Positions 42,141-64,000 of a stretch of 64,000 bases of DNA are shown here, piece by piece. Source of the stretch: Amoebidium appalachense (lineage: Eukaryota; Protista; Ichthyosporea). A model generated the notes under the pieces. That model saw only the letters and a list, made by a program, of their open reading frames with translations, searched no databases and was not told the origin of the DNA. The stretch covers positions 2,257,817 to 2,321,816 of the forward strand of contig CAVNZM010000013.1 in the NCBI GenBank assembly GCA_963693365.1. The letters run 5' to 3'. Numbering within the stretch: position 1 is the first letter of the stretch; each line of letters opens with the position of its first letter. Both the position numbers and the translations under genes were made by a program.

Positions 42141-43255
42141 ATTGCGAGGGGGTGAGGGAGTGATGGGATGAGTGGGGGGTGGATGGGCCCCGGGGAGGGA
42201 GGCGGGCAGGAAAGCTAACCCTATTTTCAACAGGCCAGTGTGACTCTAGCGCCCACCACTGTGTGCACGCAACGAACAAACCAACAATTCAATCCAACAC
42301 ATGAGTTCTGCACCATCTCCGATGCACCCAACCTGCGTGGCTCCTGCTTTGGTGACTCGGGGGACCCCTTTGGACCACCAACCCTCAGGGGGGTGTGGTG
42401 CTCGTGGGTACAGCGAGCTGGGGCAGATATGGCCAGTGTGGCTACTATAGTGTGTTTCAGCGCATGAGCCAGTATGCCGCATTTATCCGGAGTATAATTG
42501 CTCCCCCACCCCCGCCACCACCCCCACCACCACCACCACCAGTCACCGGTTACCAGGCATATACCGGGGTTATTGCTGGCAGGGACCTAGGCCTTGCTGC
42601 CGGGGTAGGTGCGGCTCGCTGCCAGGCGTTATGCAGGGTTCAACATACCTATTGCACGGGGTACAGCATCGAGGTGAGGACAAACAACTGCTACCTCAAG
42701 CGTCCAATCAGCGCAAGCAACGTGGTGCCTGTGACTGGCGGCCAATGGATAAGCTTGATTGAGGCTGCCCTGCTGCCCCCCTCTGGCCCCAATCCCTACG
42801 ACGCCTACCCTTCCACGCAACTCACATACCGATCCTTGGCTCAGCCAATCGCATCGTCCAGCTACGCTCAGTGCTCACGTGCATGTGCAGCCAATGCCCA
42901 GTGCACTGCCTTTGCGCTCAACATTGTACCACGCCAGTGCACACTTTACCGACCTGATAACCTGGGCGGTCTCTCCTCAAACCCCATGTCTATCGTCTAT
43001 GTGCGTAGGGGTGTGGTTCCAGCAAAACCCAACCCACGTGATTTCAGAGAGTATGTGAACACTGACGGGGGGATTGAGGTGAGGGCCGACCGTGGTCGGT
43101 CATTGGAGGACTGCCTTGCTACGTGTAGAACAATGGCTGCGTGCTGGGCTGTGACGTGGACCCCCGGCACATTCCTGTGCAGGTATGGAGCCCACAGGGA
43201 GACATACTTTGGCAGAGCACATAGTGACAGACAGATGGCATGCATTCATGACTAG
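39672..43255 (+). CDS. Secreted S1 (trypsin-fold) serine protease with a Pro linker and three C-terminal PAN/Apple domains; exons 39672-40016, 40884-41171, 42234-43255; 1-nt frameshift in G-run 42359-42363
   Basis: Signal peptide; K|IVGG activation site; CGCTLLAARWVITAGHC; HPQY...GYDVALVQL; GWG; CFGDSG(G)P; GTASWG; three C-x3-C-x5/6-C...C.L PAN-like repeats. Confidence 0.9.
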
Positions 43256-43938
43256 CTCCCTCGTACGTAACTTCTTCGTTCTCGACATTGAATTCCTTTT
43301 GTTATCCCCCCCAGCCCCCCCCCCCCCCCCCCTCCCCTCCCCCCCCTCTCCTTCGCCCGCCACCACCCCCTTCCCCCTCCTCCCCTACCCCCCCCCCCCC
43401 CCCCCCCCCCCCGGCCCCCCTCCCCCCCCCCCCCCCCCCCGCGGGGAATCTCTTGCCTCTCGAAATCTTTTGAACAAAATCCAAATCTTTGGGCTTTCTT
43501 TCTTCCTCCTCCCCCCCAAACAAACAAGCAAGCAAACAACGTTCACACGTTGAACTGGCACTCTTTTGCAACACACAGACACACACGTTGCCCAGAACTG
43601 TCAGTGCAACACCAATACCTTAAACCGTGTCACTCAGTTCCTCGTTCTCGCTATACCTCCCCCCCCCCCCCCCCCCCCCCATCTCCTCCCCTTCCCCACT
43701 CTTCTGCCACTTTGAGTTTTTGTACTCATTCATTTTACTTCAACCCCGTGGACCCCATGGAAATATCCACCCCACACCTCCCAAACCAAAGCCAGAAAAG
43801 GGCCACCATCACAATTTCTCTTTCACACGCTCTTACTACAATTATTGGCCTACTACCACTGCTCCTAGCTTTCCCCACGGTGACCCGTAGCCAAATCTCC
43901 GTTGCCTACCTACTCAACCTATTCTTCACCACCCTGCA

Positions 43939-43974
<36 letters not shown>

Positions 43975-44957
43975 CCTTCCCCCCCTTCTCTCCTCGTCCC
44001 CTCCCCTCCCCTCCCCTCCCCTCCCCTCCCTTCGCGATCCACCACCTCCACCCATCCCGCACTGTCACCCCACTAACCCTTCTGCCTGCGCAGCTATCGC
44101 CGGCCCGGTGTGAGGGCGTTCAGCAAAAACGGAATCAACCTGTGGGTCAAGCTGGCATGAATGGTAAAAACCCCATGGTGCATGCATACACCCCACACCT
44201 CTACCCCTTTCTCCTTGCACACATTACTATTTCCCCCCCTGCCATCTTTAACCCCCTCTCCGTGCCCAAAGCCATCCTTCTCCCCCCGCCACCCTGATGC
44301 TGCCCGGTGCTGCTTCCCTCCTGTTCTCCAAAGTTGCTCGTTCCAACCCTGGTGGGCGGCTATCTCATTGATTTGCTATCTCACCATAAACACTTGGTTC
44401 CCCACATCATCCACCTGGTTTGGCAGCTTGCATACTCCCCCCCCCCCCCCCCCCCCCCCTCCCTCCTCATCCTCCAACCTGCCCGCGACTCCTGCACTCC
44501 CACTTTCCCTCTCTCTCTATCTCCCCCCCCCCCCCCCCCCTCCCCCTCCCCTCCCCCTTCCCCCCTTCCACCACCACACACATCCTCTTCCTCATATACA
44601 CTTCAGCAACCCTGCACACACCCGGTTCTCCAAGCAAGCACCTACAGCCATAAGAGCTTTAATTTATAACTGCCCCATCCTTGTATGATCTCCCTCTAGA
44701 CCCTGGGCAACCACGTGCAAGCTTATAATGGCTGAGTAGCATGTCTGCCCAGCTCGCTTTAATGTTACTCCTGTGTGCAGAGAACTCGGCTGTACTATTT
44801 CGGCCCTACTGTGGCACTGGAAGGCAACGGTGTCCTCTCTCAGTGTGCGCAAGTACCCCAAAACCAAGGAGCAACGTGCAACCAACCGCTCACACCATGG
44901 CAAAAAGTGCCAGGCACACGTGCCTTGGGTCGTGAGTGCCACGGTGACACACACACA

Positions 44958-45034
<77 letters not shown>

Positions 45035-46343
45035 AGACACGTCCACACACCATCGATTTTGTGCAGACGAAATAATTGCACCCGGCGCACGTTGCTTGCA
45101 AACGGTTTGGACAGATACACAGCTCCGATTGGATTTTTTTTTACGTTCCCATTACACAATGCCAAAAGTGCCACCTGTATCGACAGGAATGCACACCTTC
45201 ATCATTAGTATAGCTAAAAACAGTGACCCCAAACAGTATATACTGGTGCAGCAGAGCATCATGGCAGTCAGTCAGCATCACGTGAATTCGAAGGTGTGCT
45301 TTGAACCTACATGTTCGTCGTGTGACTAAAATTGGCTTGGCGGCAGGCCCGCAAGTGCGTATGGCATGTGCCATATCCATGTTTTATTCATGTTAAATTA
45401 ACTCTAGGCGGAATAAAAAGACAGCGCTGTGACAAAAAAAGAACCCCAAGTTAGCATGCCCACGGTGAACACTGTTGCTGAGTCGACGTCCTGGGATGTC
45501 AATAACCATAACCCCGTTTCGAACCCTGATAAACAGTTTTAGATAAGCCAATAGTCTGAACGAATACCTTTTTACAGAGAGGGGTAAATCAAATCTATGT
45601 GCACTGATTATGTGGGCTGAGTGCTGCAGTTATATATATACTGTAGTCTTGGCCAGCCTGCATGCATCGGTAAAGCGTTTGTTAGAAGGTTGACCGTAAT
45701 TTTTCCATAAAACGCTACAAAAATAGAGCCCAGAACTATTTTAAAAAAATTATTTTAAAGCTGTAGTGAACCACCAGAAAATAGCAAATATCCTATGTTA
45801 GCAGAACAAAGAACGATCTGCGGTTCATGCAACAACTCTGTACTACAGGCTACTGTACATATGTAGCCCTACCCACCACATCAAGCAAACGTTTGCCCTA
45901 CTCTATTAAGAAGGGAGCGTTGATTGGTAGGATGGTGCGCTCGTTCAGGAGATATCATTTGAATGAACCAATCGCATGGCCAGATCTCTCTTCCTGGCAT
46001 TCCGAAAAGCCGATAACGTCGTGACGGCCTGAGCGCAACTGTGACACAACGGAGAACACCTGTAACAGTAGGAATAGGCACTTGCACACACCATTTCAAG
46101 GTTGTTTCTGTATGCAAGCATAGTTTTTTATGAGTCAAACGTGGTTTTATATTCTTTTCATTAGTTTGTAGTCATTGCTCCACAGGCGCCATGTTCTTAG
46201 GTTGTCTGATAAAAGAGAGATCTCTACACAAACGGTAGGGCCAGGCAGAATCACAGATTTTTTCTTGGTGTAGGTACGTTAACTAGACACGCACAAAGAT
46301 CGGATATACCCAGGCAGGCACAGAAACACACACTCAAGCAAAG

Positions 46344-47645
46344 ATGCTCAAGCTGTCGCGTAGGATCTCAGGCAGCCTTCGGTCCCTGTCGGGCAAGAAG
46401 GAGACATGCAGTGTGGACGTGCTGCCTCTGCAGAGCGCGGAGAGTGAACAGAAAAAGACACACCGCCACAAGCCAACCCAAACGCGCCAGCGCTCAAAAT
46501 CCACGGCCCTGCCCTCGGGTCCAGTCATTCGCAGCACGTCAGACCCGCTGGTGCATTCTGTTTCACAGCCTCACAGCGTACCAGGCACACAGAAGCAGGC
46601 CGACACCCACACACAGACACCCACACAGACACAAGCACACACACCAAAACGCGCATCCAGCGGGTCCATATTGTCCAAGGCCACACAGCCCAGTCCCAAC
46701 CCCACCGCCAAGTCTCTGCAGCACATTAGTGAGCGCGCACCCGAGTGCCTCGAGCCAACGGCCAGTGCGTTTTACTCCTCCCTGCCCGATGTGTCCATGG
46801 CCGCACGGGCCGCAGAGCCAGCAGAGAGCACCCCAGAAAAACTGCAGCCCCCGGAGCCAGTGGCCAAGCGCACAAACCTGCCGAGGCCGCGCACACTGGG
46901 CCAAACAAACAGCACGGCCACGGTCTACGCCGAGCAGAGCATCACCATGCCCGACCGCGACATAGTGCTGCTGTGCGTGGCAAAGGCTCTCAACCAGAAA
47001 TTCACTGCAGCCCTCTCTGCCGGGGACCACCTGAAGCCCAGCACAGACACAGAGCTCGAACTGCTGCTTGAGGCAAGGCACCCTCTCACAAAGGCACGTG
47101 TGGACGACGGGCAGGCCAGCAGGGCACCCAGTGTCGAAGAGATCTACAACTTCACTAGGGCCATATTCAAAGGTGCCGTGTTTGAGGGGGAGGTGATGTT
47201 GGTGGCCATGGTGTACGCCACACGGGTGCAGACAACAGGAGGGGTAGTTCTTCTGCCCAGCAACTGGAAGTGGGTGCTGCTTGGCTGCATACTGCTGGCA
47301 GCAAAGGCCTGGGACGACATGGCCGTGTGGGTCAACGACTTTAAAGAGATACTGCCTGCTATCACCCTGGACCAGCTCAATGCCCTCGAGAGACTGCTGC
47401 TGGGAAGGTTGATGTTCAATCTCAGTGTGTCCCCAAGGGAGTATGCACAGCACTATTTTGACCTGCGCCAATATACAACACCGGATGAGTTGGCGGCACT
47501 GGGGGTGGAGAGGGCACCGCTAGACGTGAAGACGGCAAGGAAGTTGGAGGCTATCACGGTTAGGCAGGCGGAGATACCAGAGTGGAAGAGGTGGCAGAGC
47601 ACAGGCACAACTAGTGTGCAGCAGCCTGCACTGATAATATCTTAG
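46344..47645 (+). CDS. CCNY: Cyclin Y-like protein, intronless, 433 aa
   Basis: NSTATVY...PD...CVAKAL...HPLT...IYNFTRAIF...NWKWVLLGCILLAAKAWDDMAVWVNDF...NALER.LL..LMFNLSV...YAQHYFDLR is the cyclin Y signature. Confidence 0.9.
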   Translation: MLKLSRRISGSLRSLSGKKETCSVDVLPLQSAESEQKKTHRHKPTQTRQRSKSTALPSGPVIRSTSDPLVHSVSQPHSVPGTQKQADTHTQTPTQTQAHTPKRASSGSILSKATQPSPNPTAKSLQHISERAPECLEPTASAFYSSLPDVSMAARAAEPAESTPEKLQPPEPVAKRTNLPRPRTLGQTNSTATVYAEQSITMPDRDIVLLCVAKALNQKFTAALSAGDHLKPSTDTELELLLEARHPLTKARVDDGQASRAPSVEEIYNFTRAIFKGAVFEGEVMLVAMVYATRVQTTGGVVLLPSNWKWVLLGCILLAAKAWDDMAVWVNDFKEILPAITLDQLNALERLLLGRLMFNLSVSPREYAQHYFDLRQYTTPDELAALGVERAPLDVKTARKLEAITVRQAEIPEWKRWQSTGTTSVQQPALIIS

Positions 47646-48149
47646 TGTAATAGGCTGTGTGAGGTAGGGTGATGGTGAGCAAAGATTGCGGACACTTTAG
47701 TAACCGCAGAGACTTTTACTGTTGGTTAAGTTTAGAACTGGTATGTAGTTTGCACGAAGTTTTAAAGAGCGTAGCCTAATCCAGGGAAGTTTGTCGCTAC
47801 CGGCACAGAGCTATATGAAGGGCCATAGCAGGACGGCCACACTGGGCAGGGCCCAAAGTGGAACACAGGCACGCAATAGGGGACAAAAAAAAAGATGCAA
47901 TTGCAGTTAGCCCTATTTCTGTCAAATGTGCTGTGCTCATGCAAATAATGATTGAGAGGGGGCTACAGGGAATGACCACCAGGGATAAGAGGCTGAGTGG
48001 GGTGGGTGGGAGGGAATGAGTGTTGGGACGAGACACGTGGAAATGGGCATGCTCATCAGGGTGATAGAGTTGTCCAAGAAAAGCTGAAGAGAAAGCAAGC
48101 ACATGTTGCTGGGAACAGGAAAAAAGGGTCATCCATGGTAAGAGAGGAC

Positions 48150-48225
<76 letters not shown>

Positions 48226-48304
48226 CGTGTGTGTGTGTGTTGGGTTGCGTGAGGGGAGGGGCGGGGTGTGGGGAACCAGGGAAGGAGGACTCGAAGGGAG
48301 GGGG

Positions 48305-48340
<36 letters not shown>

Positions 48341-48822
48341 GGGGGGCAGGGACACAAGTTGGATGAGTTTTCTCGCTAGAAAGCCATGCTATTTTGTGAA
48401 GGTTGCCATGCTATCACAGAGACACTCAGGCAGTCTTCTGACGGCAGCAAGGGCAGGGTTGCGCACGGGCAGGTGCAAAGGCTGGCCTTGTAATTATAAG
48501 GCTTGCACAGTGTGTAGGCTACGGTGTACTGTAGGTTTACATGTTCTGTAGGTTGCAGCTGGAGCGGGCGATATTCCGCCATGACATCTAGCGGCATCAC
48601 CAATGCATATGGTCCGTTACATTTTATATTGGGCTCTTCGCCGGGAATTAAAAATATCAGGCTTACGTAATCCTCCGCTTGGACCGGAACTGAGCGCCAC
48701 CGGTGACCACCAGCCTCTCACTGTAACTTGTGGCACTGCTCACACTGGTTTCCCCTAGGATATGTGCGTGTAATTAATTTGTCTGTGTGTCCTGGTATGT
48801 AGCTTGGTGCGAGACAGTGAAC

Positions 48823-59942
<11,120 letters not shown>

Positions 59943-60053
59943 TTTTGAAGGCACCACCACATGTGCAGTGCCACTCTCAACACACACCGTTATCGTATGA
60001 TCATTTAAAATGTGTTGTGCCCGATTAGAGCTTGGTGGTGTGTGTTCATGTTT

Positions 60054-60084
<31 letters not shown>

Positions 60085-60086
60085 GT

Positions 60087-60121
<35 letters not shown>

Positions 60122-62170
60122 TATAGGCACGCATCACAAATACTGAATACACAGGAAACATTTTTGGATGAGAAGATGCCCGTGGTGATCGTTGGCTCTG
60201 GGCTCTGACCTGTACAATTGGTTATTCAGGAGTGCAGCATTCCGTGTGGCTAGGGCGATGCCAAAAAAAGCAGCCTAGTGCGTGCGTTTTCTTTCTTGCT
60301 GTTGCGGCTGCACTCCTCGTGTATCACGGCGGCCTTTGGACGATGCATCCCTGGGAGCGGGTAATGACGTGATGCGCTTGTTGCCATGGCCAGTTTTTCA
60401 ATCGCAAGCGCAAAGTATTAAAACAAGGGCATGCCTTTTGCTCGTGCCAGTATATAATTGTGCTGAAGCCTCCCTCGGCCACAAAGGCTGTGTGTACAAG
60501 GCTTTCCAATTCTGGAATCCTTACCATCATGCCACGAATGAATTCTCATCATGTGCTAGGTCTCGCATTCTGATTACAAATCGGGAACTGTGCAGTCACT
60601 AGGCTAGAGCACAGCTACAGAGCACGAATTTAGTTAAGCACCTTCTCCTCTCTCTTCCCTGAGAGCACACACATGGAAAAATGCGCGTGTGCAAACCCTT
60701 CACAATAATGGAGCCATCTCAAGAGGCATGTCCACGTATACATGTGCCCTTCCGTTCTCAGCATATCAGTACAGATTCTATAGAATGGCATACGCCCAGC
60801 ACGGCACCAGTCAGATCCTGAGCAGCACGTGGGAAACCTCCGAAACTCTCACAATAATTTCAAGGCATGTCTATCGTTTCTGTATCCCAAAGCCTTTTCA
60901 GGTTCTGAATCGTGTAAAACGGAACACAAGGCTCCCCTATTTTCTCGAATATCACTGTCAGGTTCGAATTCACGTAAGACCTAACGAACGTGAGGCTTTT
61001 GTCATGAGTGTTCAAGAGACGAGCTCCACAGCCTCTTGAATGAGAAAATGGGCCAGTTTCACGTACATATATGTTCACGTACATAATGGGCACCTTAGGT
61101 GCGTGGACACAACATGAATGTTTATATGTGTCATAAGTACACGGGACATGACGTCCACGGCCCCCATGATGTGCGTGCCCCTACCCCGCACGGTGCACAT
61201 GATGTGCGTAGAGTCTATTCGATCATGGGCACATGCATGATTAGTCAGGCATGCGTACACGATGCACACGTGTATACGTACATGTACACATGCTTTCTAT
61301 TTTGTGATTTCATCTTTGTGTTAACATGAATATCAGGTAAGCAAAAACTTCTTATATGTAGGGCACGGAAACATGGCATGCGCAAAGGTAAGTGCCTATC
61401 AAAACCTGTAAGTGACACACTTCTTCGAGACTGTGCGTGTTGCGCGCGCTGCACGCGCGGAGTACTACACTGAGTAGCCGTATACGCGCTTGCGTGCGCC
61501 GGGTGCGCGTGTGGATGTAGTATACATGTACGTTGCGACTCAGGCTGATTCAGGCCTAGGCCTATTTGTAAAATTTTAGGCCTGTGCCGTTTGGCGGGTA
61601 TGCATGCATGGGTGACTGCTTGGGCACAATCAGCTGAAGTGTCACTGAGTTGCATGAAGAATAACCTGTTTGTGTGTGTGTGCTTGTGCACATGTATGCG
61701 TGGTGCGTGCAAGTGTACATGACGTGCGCGTGCTTGTGATGTGTATGTGAACGTTCATGTGTTATGCCACTGTTTACAGGTGTTTGTGCGCGTGTGTGTG
61801 CGTGCCAAAGGCTTCAGACCCGTAAGGCGTGCCCCCGCCAGGGGGGACGCAGAACCAAGAATTGGCTATGTAGTATATTTCTGGGGGAGTAGGGGGGGCG
61901 CCGGAGGGATCTTGGGTTTACACACTTTTTATTGCGTGGACACTGCCGTATACATGTAGGCCCAGCCACATTCGACGGCCGAGGGATCTTCAGTTTCCAG
62001 ATGGGAATTTGGCGCGCAAATTCAGCCAATGGGAGTGAGCGCTGTGGAATTTGGCCGCATACCAGCCACGGCCCCGTTCCATTTCTTGCACAGAAACTCC
62101 CAAAGTTCCGTTTGTTCCTCGCGTGAAACCCTCTTACAAAAGACTCTCTCAGTTTTAAGCACACAGCATC

Positions 62171-63125
62171 ATGACGGCGACTAACGTGTTCATTGCGCCC
62201 AACGCCACGGTGACGCTCAGCCGCCACGAGCTGCTGGCGTGGGTCAACGGCTACACGGGCCACAACGTCACAAAGGTCGAGGACCTGAGTGCAGGTAGAC
62301 AGAGATATCCCCCCTCCCCTCTCTCCTCCCCCCTCACGCGCCTCCTCCCCCTCCCTCCCCTCCCCCTCTCCTCCTAGTACCCTCCCCCCTTCACCCCACC
62401 ACCACCACCGCCTATAATAAGCAAACACACACGCGCGCACTCACGAACAAGCACACACACACATGCGTTCACACCAACTTACAAACACGTCGGCCTCTCC
62501 GGCTTCTCCTGGGATTATACATACCCTACCATATTTTCCCTTGCAAGAGCGATTAGACACGACTCAGCTTAAACAGCTGTGTAAAGGCCGTTCTGTGCTT
62601 TATCTCTTGTGAGGGGAGCTGCAGCACACACACACTCGGAGACGAAAATGCCCCCACAAACACACCTATGAATTCCTCCTAGAAACACACCTATGAATTC
62701 CTCCAAAAATTGCAGACCGATAAGTGCATCACATACACATACACCTACACAGCTGCACGCACCATCACTGCTCACCATAACAAGCCCCTCCCCCTTCACC
62801 CATCTTTACACCCTCATACACACCCATTGCCACCCAGCCAGCAACATATTCACACATCCTCATGCGCACGCCAACATCCATACATACACAAGCACGCGGA
62901 GAAGCTGAGACACACGGGCACACACACACACACACACACACACATGCACACTCACGCACACGTACATGAAGACAGTGGAGACGCGCCTACTCAGCAGAAA
63001 ATCAAACTCAAACACACATCCAACCCACCTACCCACACACACGAACAGACGTGTGTGAGTACCTGCCCAACCCCAGACAAAGATACGTTGTGATCACACA
63101 CACACACACGCACACGCACACACAG

Positions 63126-63185
<60 letters not shown>

Positions 63186-63265
63186 ATGTGCACACACAAC
63201 CATACACACAACCACACACTCACACAAAGACACAGACACACACGGGCACCTCATAAGTCATCTCG

Positions 63266-63326
<61 letters not shown>

Positions 63327-63581
63327 CAAAGAGGTGTGCGCGTGCTTCGGGCAGATGCTAAGCAGAGCTGCAAGCCTTGTGTGCAGCGACACACACCCAA
63401 GCACACACCCGCTCCCCTCTTGAAACCCCTCCTCGTCCCCCCCTCCCCCTCCCTTGCGCCCGGCCCCCGCCACACACACAGACCTATGCATAATCCCCTG
63501 TGCACCCTGTGTCTTCTACCTGCAGCTACCGCCTCAGGCTCTTGCGGTGGTTTGCTTGATAATCCCCTCCCCTCCCCCCCC

Positions 63582-63612
<31 letters not shown>

Positions 63613-63980
63613 CCCCCCCCCCCCCTCTCCCCCCCCCCCCCCGACCCCGCCTGAATATGGGTATTGCTTATGATGCACGCCCTTGGTGTGTGCCTTGTAA
63701 TAGCTTTATTGTGTTGTCCGTCGCGAATGTTTACTTGGTATCTGTAGCACTTTCTACCCCCTCCCTCCCCCCCCCCCCCCCCCCTCTCCCCCCCCTTTCC
63801 CCCCTTCCTCCCTGCCTCCCTTCCCCTCCCTCCCTGCACCTGGTACATGGATGTTGTGCCATCCATCTTCCATGCATCATCTGTGCTACATTTTGATATC
63901 TATGCACTTCACCCCTCTGACACTGCTCCCTCCCTCTGCAGGGTCCGCCTACTGTGTGATGTTTAACGTGCTGTTTCCAG
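62171..63980 (+). CDS. MAPRE1: EB1/MAPRE microtubule end-binding protein, first two exons (62171-62294, 63942-63980); continues beyond the window
   Basis: MTATNVF...[11 protein letters not shown]...[22 protein letters not shown](G) matches the N-terminus of the EB1 CH domain. Confidence 0.88.
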
Positions 63981-64000
63981 GTACCTGCTCCCCCCCCCCC

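Noticed and set aside
46563-47471. 302-aa antisense ORF
   Set aside because: Shadow frame of the cyclin Y CDS with no recognisable motifs
60955-60980. GGTTCGAATT T-loop-like motif suggesting a tRNA
   Set aside because: No cloverleaf stems or A box around it

Overview
Intron-rich eukaryotic genomic DNA, not prokaryotic. The gene set and style suggest a unicellular opisthokont, possibly an ichthyosporean; this is inference and cannot be proven here. Introns are packed with poly-C/poly-G runs and (CA)n/(TG)n, so most entries in the ORF track are microsatellite artefacts. I assembled 12 spliced or single-exon genes by hand: the 3' end of an FCP1-like BRCT protein, PPCS, a small PP1-binding (Phactr/Bni4-like) protein, a PAM2+DEDDh exonuclease, a degenerate GT31 glycosyltransferase, gamma-glutamyl hydrolase, an atypical CMGC-like kinase, a LanC-like protein, a trypsin-family protease with three PAN domains, an intronless cyclin Y, GPKOW, and the 5' part of EB1. 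The most notable signals are a candidate U12-type intron in PPCS, tandemly amplified splice acceptor and donor sites in the same gene, a GC-AG intron, transposase relics (IS630/Tc1-like, probable KDZ), and a speculative GGH-kinase-LanCL neighbourhood. Four single-base frameshifts in short base runs look like assembly errors. No tRNA, rRNA or CRISPR array was seen. Exon coordinates were read by eye and may be off by a few bases.
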